DNA of 64,000 nucleotides, from positions 190,712,001 through 190,776,000 of the forward strand of contig OX597814.1 of the NCBI GenBank assembly GCA_951406725.2, given 5' to 3'. The position numbers and the translations under genes were made by a program. How positions within the stretch are numbered: position 1 is the first letter of the stretch; each line of letters opens with the position of its first letter. Source of the DNA: Octopus vulgaris. Taxonomy: Eukaryota. Positions 39,653 through 54,035 of this stretch are shown here, piece by piece. The notes below the pieces were generated by a model. The model searched no databases, was not told where the DNA came from, and worked only from the letters and a program-made list of their open reading frames with translations.

Positions 39653-39653
<1 letters not shown>
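37636..39653 (+). mobile_element. Non-autonomous Helitron with a nested RTE tail (39279-39585)
   Basis: 5' A|TCTATATATTATAAA...(GTTT)n; 3' hairpin acccgcgcatagagcaggt then CTAG|T; internal ~140-bp repeats. Confidence 0.65.
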
Positions 39654-39709
<56 letters not shown>

Positions 39710-39971
39710 TACATACATATACATATATACATACATATACACACACTCAAGCATACATACACACACACACATACACACACACACACATACACCCATATAG
39801 ACAGTTTTTATCAAAAAATACCAAATAACAGGAGAAACATATTTCAAACATGAGTGTATGTACATTTTTAAATTTTAATCAGCAGGAAGTTACAAAGGTG
39901 ACTGATCTAAAAAATTAAATTGTTATGCATGTGTGTGTATCTATATATATTTATATACATATACATATATA

Positions 39972-40586
39972 CAGGGTGCAATGAATAAATTGTTATCTAA
40001 ATCACGTAAAATTGAAAATAATGCTGACATCTCATTTTAACAGATGTATTTACCAAAAATAAGGTGACCAGATGTTAGAAGTGATGTGGTTGCAGAAATT
40101 GTCTGACAATCATGACAGGGTTCTCCTGCTTTTGTGGCATGGTGCAGACTCCTGTTGCCAGACATCGGATCTTCCAGCAGTCACTCTCTTGAGCCAGGAC
40201 AGCACTCCCTCCTCCAGGCACTCTGTGTTGAGTCTGAGTCCATGCTGGAAGATGAATAGAGGCATAACGTTGCCATCACTAGTGATCAGCCTAAACACCA
40301 TGATGTTGATTGGATGTTTGATTTTTATTACTCTCAGTACATGTCCTTAGATTGACACCCAAACACTCCGAAGTGTTCATATTGAAGCTTCTGGCCTGAA
40401 TTCTGGGAAGTGTAGCTGTCATTTCTAAATTTTTGATAGAGTGAATTGCAACATGGTGCTGCTTTTCTCACAGACAGTGTCCAACTGACCCTACTATACT
40501 GTGTAGTCAACAAAATTCAAAACAAACAATGCACATACCTGAAATTAAAAATATAATAATGGCAACAATTTATCCATTGCACCCTG
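39972..40586 (-). mobile_element. Internally deleted Tc1/mariner-superfamily element (maT/DD37D-like)
   Basis: TIRs CAGGGTGCAATGAATAAATTGTT / AACAATTTATCCATTGCACCCTG; remnant VWQQESAPCHKSRRT. Confidence 0.8.
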
Positions 40587-40925
40587 CATATATATATATA
40601 TTGATATTCAATATTTCATCTATTCAATAAGACAATCAATACTTCATTTCATTATACTATATATATTATTTATACTATATATTCTATATTCTACATTAAT
40701 ATTATAAAGAATATAGATAAAACATAAAAAACCGAGTTGGAGTTTCTTTGAATAATATATATCCCTCTTTACACTATCATACAAACCCCTTCATATATAT
40801 ATATATATATATGTTTATATAAATTATTAAGATAACTATAATAGCAAGTCAGAACTCATAAGCAACAAGTACAGCTGCCACTAAAATGACATCAACCGTT
40901 ACATTAGTGACAGCAACTACGTATA

Positions 40926-40961
<36 letters not shown>

Positions 40962-41119
40962 TGTATGTATGTATGTATGTACGTACGTACGTATGTATGT
41001 ATGTATGTATGCATGCATGCATGCATGCATGCATGTATGTATGTACGTATGTATGTATGTATGTATGTATGTATGTATGTATGTATGTATGTATGTATGC
41101 ATATATGTATGTATGTATG

Positions 41120-41156
<37 letters not shown>

Positions 41157-41665
41157 ATATACATGTATATATGTAGGCATATATGCATATATATGTGTGT
41201 GTGTGTATACATATATATTTATATATATATATATATCAGAGAAAATCCTTGCAGACATCAAGTACTCAGTATAAAGGAATAAGGTTTAATTTCCAACAAA
41301 CAGATACCTGTAAATGTATGTAGAATACAAACCCCAGATAAATATTTGTGAATGACAGATAAACCCAAAAATCCTTACGCAGAATTCTGAAGAAAATCAT
41401 ATCTTTATTTTAGATCACACCTAAAAAATCCAACAATTGTTTGCATTGCATTAATACATGCCTATGTACATACATACATACATACATACATACATACATA
41501 CATACATACATACATACATACATACATACCCTTGTTACTTTCTGTGTTTCTTTCTGTGGAAGAGCATAGACTCGAATCATTAAAGACATTTTCACTTCCC
41601 GAGCATTATACTAATACATCTGTTTGTATTAGTCTTTTGCTTTTTTGTGAATTCTCCCTATATAG

Positions 41666-41743
<78 letters not shown>

Positions 41744-41745
<2 letters not shown>

Positions 41746-43465
41746 GAAGGTCTCAGAGAAGGTCATAACCCATCTCATTAGGGAGAGAATTTGTTTAGAT
41801 GAAATGCAGTTCGGTTTTGTACCAGGTAGAAGCACCACTGATGCTATATTCCTGGTCCAACAACTGCAGGAGAAGTACCTAGCTAAAGATAAACCCCTCT
41901 ACATAGCTTTTGTAGACTTGGAGAAAGCCTTTGACAGGGTTCCCCGTTCCCTCATCTGGTGGTCGATGCGGAAACTGGAGATTGAAGAATGGCTAATAAG
42001 GGCTGTACAGGCTCTATACAGAGAGGCTGTCAGCAAGGTTAAGATTGGCAACGAATATAGTGAAGAATTCCGGGTAGAAGTAGGTGTGCACCAGGGCTCA
42101 GCCCTCAGTCCCCTTTTATTCATCATAGTCATTCAGGCAATAACAGAGGAATTCAAAACGGGATGCCCCTGGGAGCTCCTCTATGCCGATGACCTAGCTC
42201 TCATAGCAGAATCACTACCGGAACTAGAAGAGAAATTTCGGGTGTGGAAGCAAGGGTTGGAATCAAAGGGCCTTAGAATAAATGTAGCAAAGACCAAAGT
42301 ATTAGTAAGCAGCAAGAGGTACTCAGCACACACCCCTCGGGTAGGTGGCCCTGCTCAATCTGTAGGAAAGGTACAGGTAGAAACTCCATAAGATGCACCC
42401 AATGTAAGTTATGGACACATAAGAGGTGCAGCAACATTAAAGGGAAATTAACAGATAAGATAGCTTTCATGTGCGGCAGATGCACAGGGACAATAGACAC
42501 AACAGTCACTCAGAAAACAGATTCCATCACACTCCAGGGAGAGAAACTAGAAGTAGTTGATAGTTTCCGCTACCTGGGTGACCAAGTTAGTAGTGGAGGT
42601 GGATGCACAGAGAGTATCACCACTAGAATACGAATAGCCTGGGCAAAGTTCAGAAAGCTCCTACCCCTACTGGCAACAAAAGGTCTCTCCCTCAGAGCGA
42701 AAGGTAGATTGTATGATGCATGTGTGCGAACTGCCATGCTTCACGGTAATGAAACATGGGCAGTGACTGCAGAGGACATGCGTAGACTTGAAAGAAATGA
42801 AGCTAGCATGATCCGCTGGATGTGTAGTGTCAGTGTGCACGCAAGACAGAGTGTAAGCATCCTAAGAGAAATGCTGGATATAAGAAGCATCAGATGTGGT
42901 GTGCAAGAGCGACGCTTGCGATGGTATGGTCATGTGCTGCGGATGGATGAAGAGAGATGTGTGAAGAAGTGCCACTCCCAAACAGTTGAAGGTATCAGGG
43001 GGAGAGGTAGACCCAGGAAGACATGGGATGAGGTAGTTAAGCATGACCTCAGAGCATTGGGCCTCACTGAGGCAATGGCGAAAGACCGAGATCTCTGGAG
43101 ATATGCTGTGACTGCAAAGACCCGGGCTGCTTTCTGCAGCAATTCCACATACCCCCTACCCATTCAAAGTACCCCGGATCCCCAAAGTACCCCGGACCCA
43201 GTTGCCCCCGTGCCGCTGGCACGTTAAAAGCTCGAACCGATCGCGACCGATGCCGGACCCCCCGGCCCCTGTGCAGGTGGCACGTAAAAAGCACCCAATC
43301 TACTCACGGAGTGGTTGGCGTTAGGAAGGGCATCCAGCCGTAGAAACTCTGCCAAATCAGACTGGAGCCTGGAGAGGCCCCTGGCTTCCCAGACCCCGGT
43401 CGAACCGTCCAACCCGTGCTAGCGCGGAAAACGGACGTTAAACGATGATGATGATGATGATGATG
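41744..43465 (+). mobile_element. 5'-truncated RTE LINE: RT (one frameshift near 42335), PHD finger, C-terminus, 3' UTR and (GAT)n tail
   Basis: QFGFVPGRSTTDAIF, AFVDLEKAFDRV, GVHQGSALSPLLF, LLYADD, FRYLG, RRLRWYGHVLRM, RGRGRPRKTW. Confidence 0.95.
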
Positions 43466-44397
43466 TATGTATATATATGCATATATATATATATATATCT
43501 ATATATATACAGCTGGAAGCAAGATCGTTGTATAGTAAGAAGTTTCCGAACTACATGGTTCTGGTTCAGTCCCACTGCATAGCATCTTGGGCAGGTGTTT
43601 TTTTTCTATTGCCTCAGGCTGACCAAAGCCTTGTGAGTGGATATGGTAGATGGAAACTGAAAGAAGCCTGTTGGAAAACAGACATTAAATGATGATGGTG
43701 GTGGTGGTGGTGGTGGTGATGATGATGATGATGATGATAACGATGCACACTCAAACACGCGTGTACAAACACACACACATGGGAGAATGTGGTGAACAGG
43801 AGGTACTGGAGGAGGAGGTGCTGGAGGGGAGCTGCTAGAGGAGGAGGTGGAAGTGGAAGAGGCAGCAGCACTGAAAGAGGAGGATAACGGTGATGGTGAC
43901 AATGGATGATGATGATGAGGAGGAGGAGGAGGAGGAGGAAGAGGAGGAGGAGGATGGCAGTGACAGCAACAACAACAACGATAATGATGATGACCATGGT
44001 GATGCTGTTGATTATGATAATAAGGACAACATAACCAAATGTCATCGCCCAACCATCAATCAAGCTGTTTACAACCTGGTGGCAAATATTGTTAACCTTA
44101 ATCATATCATTCAAGCCATAAGCAAGGGCCTCTGGCTTCTGAAGGCTGAGAACCTTACCTCTAGGAGCAGTGGATGGTGTTAATGATTATCATTACACTT
44201 AAAGAATTATCACATAATCTAAGTGAAAGATTAGTTGCTATGACAAGACTAATGGACTTTTAATCCGCAAAAACAATCATGGATTTACAGGATACTTGTG
44301 ATCACTATTGATGCATTTGCTGCAGAAGACGAATTTATGCACATATATACACCCACATGCATATACACATGCACATATACATACATGGTACAAATGG

Positions 44398-44786
44398 TGG
44401 TTGGCACTCCGTCGGTTACAATGACAAGGGTTCCAGTTGATCCGATCAATGGAACAGCCTGCTCATGAAATTAATGTGCAAGTCACTGAGTACTCCACAG
44501 CTACACGTATACCTTTAATGTAGTTCTCGGGGAGATTCAGCGTGACACAGAGTGTGACGAGGCTGACCCTTTGAATTACAGGTACAACAGAAATAGAAAG
44601 AGAGAGTGAGAGGAAATTGTGGTGAAAGAGTACAGCAGGGGTCACCACCATCCCCTGCTGGAGCCTCGTGGAACTTTAAGTATTTTCGCTCAATAAACAC
44701 TCACAACACTTGGTCTAGGAATCGAACCCACATTCCTACGACCATGAGTCTGCTGCCCTAACCACTGGGCCATTGCACCTCCACAC
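44398..44786 (-). mobile_element. tRNA-derived SINE family D
   Basis: Head tggcccagtggttagggcagcagac...ggttcgattcc; shares body with family C and tail with 56873-57118. Confidence 0.8.
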
Positions 44787-45644
44787 ATGGTACATATACA
44801 CATATGAGAACAAATTTACACACACATATATACACACTCATGCATACACATACACAGAGACATAGCTTTATATATAAATACAGGCATTCACAATTAGGAG
44901 TATGACTGCACACATACATACACACTCCCACACACATATACATGCATTTATGCACACGTATACATATGTGCATGCATACATACTCACATGCACTCACAAC
45001 ACATACATGCACATGCATACACATAGATACATATGCCAACACACACACACACACACACACACATAGTAAATGCTTCCATTATCATACACTCTAATTAATA
45101 ATCAGTAGTAATTCATTAATTAGCTTCAGTATTTTAGTATTAAATTACAAAAGACTAAAAAGTTAATATTTCATTTTAATCAATAGTGTAGCCCTTGAGC
45201 TTACCCCACCCCCACTTGCAAACCCCGGTGCCTGTACAGGCTTATTCAGCAAACCCAAAATGCCACCACCACCACCCTTTAATGCATCACCCACAGTTGC
45301 CCCCTTGTTCTTACTCCCCTTTTCCACAGCTTGCTGCTGATTTTAATTTGGATTAAAATTTAAAGATTTTTGGGCAATTTTATACATTCCCCTGGTGAGC
45401 TGATAGAATTGTTAGTTTTTCAGAAAAAAAATGCTTCATGCCATTTCTTCTTACTTTTTATGTTCTGAGTTCAAATCCCACCTTTCATCCTTTGCAAACC
45501 AATAAAATAAGTTACCAGTTGAGCACTAAAATCAATGTAATTAAGGAGCCCATCCCCCAAAATTTCAGGCCTTGTGTCTATAGTAGAAAGAACTATTGGT
45601 AGCCTCAACCCCACTATTCAAATTACAAATGAGAGCTTCTATTA

Positions 45645-45678
<34 letters not shown>

Positions 45679-46364
45679 GGTGGTGATGGTGGTGATGATG
45701 ATGATGATGATGGTGATGGTGATGATAATGATGATGACGACGACGACAATGATGATGATGATGATGGGGGAGGGGGAGGGGAGGACAATGAGGAGGACGA
45801 GGAGGTGGATGAGGGGGAGGACGAAGGGGAGGACGAGGAGGAGGACGAGGGGGAGGACGAGGAGGAGGAGGACGAGGTGGAGGAGGAGGGGAATTTATCC
45901 AGAACATTACCATCCACCATTGATCAGAGAGCTCACTTACCCAGCAGCAAATATCGATGGCCTTAAGTTATATACTATTCAAATTAGACAGGTCCAGTAA
46001 TGTATCAGCGTTTCTGAATGGCAGTGGTGAATGCTATTTATTAAATCTGAGGTGGTGTCATGGAAAAGTGTTTGGTCATAATTACTTCAAAAACCCAGTA
46101 TTTCTACAAATCTCATGTATTCTCTCTAATTTCTCCTTCATGTGTATGTACCTCAGTTGGAAAATCCTTATCTACAACATTTAATTTTTTTAATCAAACC
46201 TCTGTGTAGAATTATCAGTCAAGTTGTTTGCTTGGCAAGTTATTCACATAACACAATAATATACTGTAACAGAACAATCAGTCATTAATACAATTTTCAC
46301 TGATATCCCAAGTTAAGTAGCCAATACATCATAACGAATCATTACTTTATAGGTCACATATTCT

Positions 46365-47252
46365 TCATACATACATACATACATACATACATACATACAT
46401 ACATACATACATACATACATACATACATACATACATACATACATACATACATACATACATCCATCCATCCATCCATCCATCCATCCATCCATCCATACAT
46501 ACATACATACATACATACATACATTCATACATACATTCATACATACATACATACAGGCATACATACATACATGCATACATACATATATACATACATACAT
46601 ACGTACATACATACATACATACATACATACATACATACATACATACATACATACATTCATTCATACATACATACATGCATACACACATACATACACACAT
46701 ACATACACACATACATACATACATACATACATACATACATACATACATACATACATACATACATACATACATACATACATACATACATACATACATACAT
46801 ACATACATACATACATACATACATACATACATACATACATACATACATACATACATACATACATACATACATACATACACACACACATACATACATACAT
46901 ACATACATACATACATACATACATACACACATACATACATACATACATACATACATACATACATACATACATACACACACACATACATACATACATACAT
47001 ACATACATACATACATACATACATACATACATACATACATACATACATACATACATACATACATACACACACATACATACATACATACATACATACATAC
47101 ATACATACATACATACATACATACACACATACATACATACATACATACATACATACATACATACATACATACATACACACACACACATACATACATACAT
47201 GCATACACACATACATACATACATACATACATACATACATACATACATACAT
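46365..47252. repeat. (TACA)n microsatellite
   Basis: Visible directly. Confidence 0.95.
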
Positions 47253-47545
47253 ACTCCTGCTCCGGAGCGTCGGCTGCGGGGTCATTCCGAAAAGCTCTAC
47301 CTGCGACGATTTCATCTCAATCGAAGGAGAGGAGCTTTCTCCGTCCGGGTTGCGGATCCGTGGAACAAGCTGCCAGACGAGATGGTGAAGATGCCGACGA
47401 CCACTTTGTTCAAAGCCTCCCTGGACCTCAAGTGGCCTGAACTCTTTACATGAACACCACCCTGTACTTAACTCCATGTCCCCCTACATGGCCTTGCTAT
47501 TTGTTTTTGAGCCAAATTAACTAACTAACTAACTAACTAACTAAC
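47253..47545 (+). mobile_element. CR1-clade LINE 3' end with (TAAC)n tail inside (TACA)n
   Basis: RLRGHSEKLY...AFSVRVADPWNKLP...FKASLD; open frame, CpGs retained. Confidence 0.85.
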
Positions 47546-47814
47546 ATACATACATACATACATACATACATACATTCATACATACATACATGCATACACA
47601 CATACATACATGCATACATCATACATATATTTACATACATACATACATACATGTGTGTGTATGTATGTGTGTGTCTTATCTGTGGAACAGTTTCTCAATT
47701 TTCAACGGGTAAGCATAGCTGTCACTATAAAAGATAACATACAACAACAACAACAACTATTGATGATGATGATGATGATGATGACAACGATGATGATGAT
47801 GATGATGACGATAT

Positions 47815-49070
47815 GTATGCTTATCTGAGAAATAGTAATCAAAGAATGTTGCAGGCTGCACTGAGTGAGAAGGTAATAAATGACAATGGTGAGACCCTCC
47901 ATGAGTACAAAACGAAGACTAATAACCCCCCCCCCCCGGTATCAACGGGAATGAGAAAATCCAACACAGATTTTTTCTGGGATACATGAGTTGAAGCTGA
48001 TGAAGAATCCTGGAGATGGTTAAGACATGGATTTTAAAGAAGGAGACAGGACTGATCGTTGCTGTTTAAGAACAAGCTTCGTGAACCAACTCAATTAAGA
48101 GTAGCACTGATGAGATAGTAGATTTGTGTAGTTTATGTTGAAAATCAGTCGAGAAAAGGTATGAAAACAGCTGGTGGGTTGATTAGAACACCGTATCGAT
48201 TTTTATATTACTTCGATTTTCCAATTTTATTCATTTTCCACTTTTATTATAATTATATTCTATACTAGCACTATGACCCGGCAACGCTAGTTGCATGCAT
48301 ATACAGCTAGTGCATGCATATACAGCTGTGTGCGTGCACACATACATGCAAGTACTGTCCAAATCTCCGACCAATCACATACAGCTATTGGCATATCAAG
48401 TTTTGGGCATTTTGATTGGGTTTTGGATAGAAAATTCACAAAAAAGTCACTTCTATTGATTTTTTAATGGCTTGGCAGAGTGACTGGGGAAATGTAAAGA
48501 TGTGCACAACCACCCTTGGATGGTTTTGAATGACCATAGAAAGTGCGAGCCCTCTAACTGAAAAATTGTGGATTTGTATAAAGGACACGCACATACACAC
48601 ACACACACACAGACATTTTGCCGTTTATATAGAGAGAGATAATTTTTTAAAAAACCACTTCATTGTAACAAACTCTGTATGTTGTGGTGTCCATGTTCGT
48701 TCCCTCTATGTTCGTCTTGTATAGACAAATAAAGAAATCAGTCAAGACAGACATATAATCAGTAGACGGTCGAAATTGGCCCTAAAGTGTCCAAAAATGA
48801 AAGTGCCATGAAAAAGTAACTGCGTGAATACACTGAGAGTTGTGCTGGAAATATGGGCTAAAATGTTCCAATAAGTGGTATGAAGCACCAACCTTTGCTA
48901 GTAACAGAGAATGTTCAGGTGAAATTCATATGTGTTATGCCAATCTACACAGATAAGAAGCTGCAACATGACTAACCAGATATCATTCTCCTATGGAAAG
49001 AGTCCAAAGAATGGACTTTCATTGACATAGGTATACCTGGTAAAGAAATCATTGCTTGTGTCCATGAGTT
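47815..49070 (+). pseudogene. Degraded R4/Dong-like non-LTR remnant interrupted by a Helitron
   Basis: SWRWLRHG, ELCWKYGLKCSNKWYE, PDIILLWKESKEWTFIDIGIPG resemble the restriction-like endonuclease region. Confidence 0.65.
48265..48639 (-). mobile_element. Non-autonomous Helitron
   Basis: Minus strand A|TCTCTCTCTATATAAA...CTAG|T with a partial subterminal hairpin. Confidence 0.7.
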
Positions 49071-49079
49071 GAGAAGTGA

Positions 49080-49673
49080 TGAGCAAGTAAACCAGCGGAT
49101 ATTTTGGCTCATTGATTTTTGTTGTTGTCACTTAAAGCATGCAGAACCCATGCTCCATACTTCTGAACCTTTCCCATCGAGTGAAGATGCTTCTCTATAG
49201 CAGTGTGGGAGCATTCCATTTTCTCTGCCAGTTCCCTTGTCGTTTGATGAGAATTTTTGTGCAAAAGTTAGTTTAATCACTCTTCATCGAACTCAACTGG
49301 ATGGCTAAAATGAGTGCATCTTTGAGGTCAAAATTTCCATTTTTGAACCTGGTATACCAATGATGAACAGTTCTTTTAGCTATGGCATCCTCTCTGTACA
49401 CAGCACAAATGTTGCAAGCAGCTTTTGCGGCCTTAGAACCTTGATTAAAAGCAAAAAGAAGGAGGTCGAGAATGCTCATTTTTCTTAACTTGACATTCCA
49501 TTTTAATGATCTGAAAATAAACAAAAATTAACTATAATTAACTAGAAAAATAAGTAAAATAGATTCAAAAATGATTCAAAAATAGAATTCTCAAAAAAAA
49601 AATAGATTCCAAAATTTAAAAATGCAATAAATTCCAAAATTTAAAGAAATGGCAGGAACTTAGTTGCCAACCC
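49080..49673 (-). mobile_element. mariner transposon 5' fragment
   Basis: LLFAFNQGSKAAKAACNICAVY...WYTRFKNGNFDLKD HTH region; end TA|GGGTTGGCAACTAAGTTC. Confidence 0.85.
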
Positions 49674-52600
49674 TATATAATTAATCCAAAATAACAAAGA
49701 AGAAAAACACAACAAAAAAACAATAATGCGAGGATGTGGTACATGCAAAGTATTAAAAGATGTTCAGGGAAGGAAAGAAAGGGCGTTTTACATTTTGAGC
49801 AAAGCTCTTCTTCAGAAACAGGCAAGAGAGGAAGTTCAAGAGTAAAGGAAGATGGAGGAATAAAATCGCCAACAATACACATATATGTAAACTTTTCAAT
49901 TAAACTAATTAACTAATTCTAATGATCTTCTATTCTACTTAATCTTCATTAATGAATTAAGTTTCTTTTCAATTTAGGATTGATTTTGGTTTGACACAGA
50001 AATTATTGTTAAGTTCATTCAAAAGTTACTAAAGTGAATACTTGCATAAATGATGTAACAAATTTACTTACAAATCAAATATGCTAACACACACTTTACT
50101 ATTGAGTTTTTATGCAACATGCATCGTTAGATATTAAAAAATATATAAACTAAGTGTACCATGTTATTCATATGTAATTTAACCTTTATTAGATTACAAA
50201 TTTAAATGAGTCCCTTTGAATGTTTTCACTCTTTACATCATTGTGGTGGCTGATGACAGTATCGCCTGATTGGCACCATGCACGTTAACAGCACCATTCA
50301 AGTGTGATCATCGCCAGTTCCACCTGACTGGATCTCATGCTGGTGGCGCATAAAAAGCGCCATTCGAGCGTGGTGGATGCCAGTACCAGCCGATGGCACA
50401 AAAAGCATCATTCAAGCGTAGTCGTTGCCAGTGCCACCTGACTGGCTCCCATGCTGGTGACATGTAAAAAGCACCCACTACACTCTCGGAGTGGTTGGTG
50501 TCCAGCTGTAGAAACTTTGCCAGATCAGATTGGAGCCTGGTATAGCCTTCTGGCTTGCCAGCCCCCAGTCAAACCGTCCAACCCATACCAGCATGGAAAG
50601 TGGACATTAAACAACGATGATGATGATTATGATAATGACATCTTTTTATTTATCTTTAGTCACACACCCACTTACCACTTTGGGGGGGGGGGGGTTACGG
50701 TCCACCTTGTCCGCCAAAATGAACAGAGAACAAAACTGCTGAACAAAACTTTTTAATCTGTTTGTCAGAATAAGCATGTATGTCTGTTTGTTCATTTTAC
50801 GTCCATTTTCCCACGCTAGCATGGGTCAGTGAAATACTAACCAATGTGAGTGCTGCTTCTAAGCAGTTATGTATGCAATTAGAATTAGCAGTCATATCAA
50901 CCTCAATGCATAAAGATGTCATTTGTAAAAAGGAAAGATACATTAGATAATGTAGCTACAGATACCACTGTGAAAACAAAATGGTCACAATTGGAATGTC
51001 TTTGATCAGAGATCTACTGAATCAAGACTGACCGGAACCTAAACAACAATTCATAAGTACATCAACATCAAAAAATCAAATGGAAATTGTAGTTGCGATA
51101 CCTGTGCCGGTGGCACGTAAAAAGCATCATTTAAACGTGGCTGATGCCAGCGCCGCCTTGACTTGCTTCCATGCTGGTGGTACGTAAAAAGTACCGACCA
51201 ATCATTGCCAGCCTCCCCTGGCACCTGTGCTGGTGGCACGTAAAAAGCACCCACTACACTCACGGAGTGGTTGGCATTAGGAAGGGCATCCAGCTGTAGA
51301 AACACTGCCAGATAAGACTGGAGCCTGGTGCAGCCTCCTGGCTTCGCAGACCCCGGTCAAACCGTCCAACCCATGCTAGCATGGAAAACGGACATTAAAC
51401 GATGATGATGATTAACATATTTCTTTTGTTCCAGATGTAAGAAGGCCCTCTCAAAGTAAAGTTTTATCATAATTTTCTCTCTTCATCTTCAATATCTTTT
51501 ATCTTTTACTTGTTTCAGTCATTGGACAGCAGCCATGCTGGCACACCAAGTTGAACAAATCAACCCCAATATTTATGTTTTATTTTAAGTCTGATATTTA
51601 TTCCATCAGTTGTTATTGCCAAACTGCAATGTTACAGGAATGTAAACAAACCAACACTGGTTGTCAAGCATCTAGTGGGAGGGGGGTGACAAGAATAGTC
51701 ACAAAGGTACACACACTCATAGACACATATCCTCCCTGTTATAAGCATTCATGCCAGGTCTCAGGTCTGAAGAGATCTATCTTTCATCCTCCTACCACTC
51801 TCAGAGGGTCTGTACAGAGCTGTGTGCACTGTCTTCTATCTCGGTTTAAAATATGAAAAAAAAACACCCACCTACAACAGCATTAGAGCCTACTTTTGTT
51901 TTGGATAAATCTAAAGGTATAGATAGGAAACTTGTACATATGGGTAACAGCTAGTGTTCTACAAAACCCCTGCTCTGGTCTACACCTTGGAAAGGAGCTT
52001 TCCAGGCATAGATACTCAAACTATCTCTAACAGATAACAAAGGCTATTGATATTGAAATGTTTAAATATTAATAATTTGGGATGATATCGCATGGCCTAG
52101 TGGTTAGGATATTAAGATTGTTAGGTCATGGGTTTGATTTTTGAATCAGCTGATATGTTATGACCTTGAGCAAGGATCTTGATTTCATGTTGCTCCAGTA
52201 CATTGAGGTCAGTCTGGTATTATCCGCACAGCTCGAAGTAAGGTAAATGAAATCAAATAAGTAACACCTGACATCCTCTTACTTAGGTGACACAAAATAT
52301 AGCGCAGCCTACAGAAATATATATATGTCTGTGTGTGTGTATAGTCTTTATAGTTATTTATTTTCATTTTCTTTCTATTTCAATGTCACTCTCTTGTAAT
52401 ATTATTTCATTTATTTACATCAGTTGGATAACAACACACTTCCTTACAACAAAAATCCTTTTGTTCTTATTGTCCTAGAAAGCCATTTCTGAAGTCAGAG
52501 TCAGGTAACTTGTGTCGAGCATTCAAAATGTAAGTATAAACATGAATTACAATGTTTGGCTCCTTTCTCTTCTTACCCTGTAATTTAGACCAATAGTTTG

Positions 52601-52880
52601 TTTCCACGATATATTATTTCATGCACACATATGAACACATACATGCACACACACACACACACACACACGCACATGCACAGGCGCACACACACAAACACAC
52701 ACACACATACACCAAGTGTATCTGATGGTCCTAATATGTTTCCCTTGATTCTGGAATTTTATCTGTTATATTTTCTTCCCAACCACATGGTTCTGGGTTC
52801 AGTCCCACGGTGAGGCACCTTGGGCAAATGTCTTCTACTATAGCCTTGAGCCAACCATTTAATATTATAATGATCAGTTA

Positions 52881-53081
52881 ATATCATAATGGGGGCCACT
52901 TTATGGGGTTACCCTGGGTTTCTCGCTCATAAGGGGTTTAGCCTTACAGCATATCTTCAGACTCCATTTTGAAAAGGTCTTAAGCCAGCAGTGTTTGGGG
53001 TCTGAAGATATACCATAAGGCTAAACCCCTTATGAGTGAGAAACCCAGGGTAACCCCATAAACCAGCCCCCATTATAATAT
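52881..53081. mobile_element. ~200-bp fold-back with a hammerhead in each arm
   Basis: + motif ggggt-CTGAAGA-(long stem II)-GAAAC-ccagg-GTA-acccc at 52997-53057, mirrored at 52905-52965. Confidence 0.8.
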
Positions 53082-53091
53082 ATTTATATGT

Positions 53092-53137
<46 letters not shown>

Positions 53138-53145
53138 TCGTTTGC

Positions 53146-53214
<69 letters not shown>

Positions 53215-53219
53215 CATAC

Positions 53220-53251
<32 letters not shown>

Positions 53252-53266
53252 GTATGTATGTGTATG

Positions 53267-53297
<31 letters not shown>

Positions 53298-53331
53298 GTA
53301 TGTATATATATATATACTTATATATATATAC

Positions 53332-53372
<41 letters not shown>

Positions 53373-54035
53373 CTTATATATATATGTATGTATGTATGTA
53401 TATATATACATATATATTATGTATATCTTGTTTTAGTTTCGTCCCAAACCAAAACTAATCTGATTGAGTAGACTTATGATTGAAGACATTCCAGCCATGA
53501 CAGACAATCCTAGGAGGATGTGATATAAGATAAATTCGGTTACTATTTTGAGCAGGACATGTGACCACATAAAGACTTCCTCATCCACTAGAAGCAAAAA
53601 CATTTAATTACATGCTGTGTGCCGTTAACAAACTTCTGAAATATTTCTACCTCTTAATTGCTCTATGCTCTATTTATTTTCATTGTATATATTGCCATTT
53701 AAACATCGGACAGTCGTTTTGTAAAGTCATGCTGAGATTTTTGTGATTGCTTCGATGAACAGCAATGTGCTTCTGGTTTTGTATAACTGATGCCAGAGAG
53801 ACAAACAATCTGGATACATTTTTCCCCACTGACCATCTATTAACGTTAACACCTCATTTTATACAAGTAATAGCAAATACAAACTTGGTCCTATCAGAGT
53901 GTGCATGTTCACATACATGCATTGCTGTGTATGTGTGTGTGTGTGTGTGTATTCTTTTATTCTTTTACTACTTTCAGCCCAAGACTTGTGGCCATGCTGC
54001 AGTACCACCATTATATATATATATATATATATATG

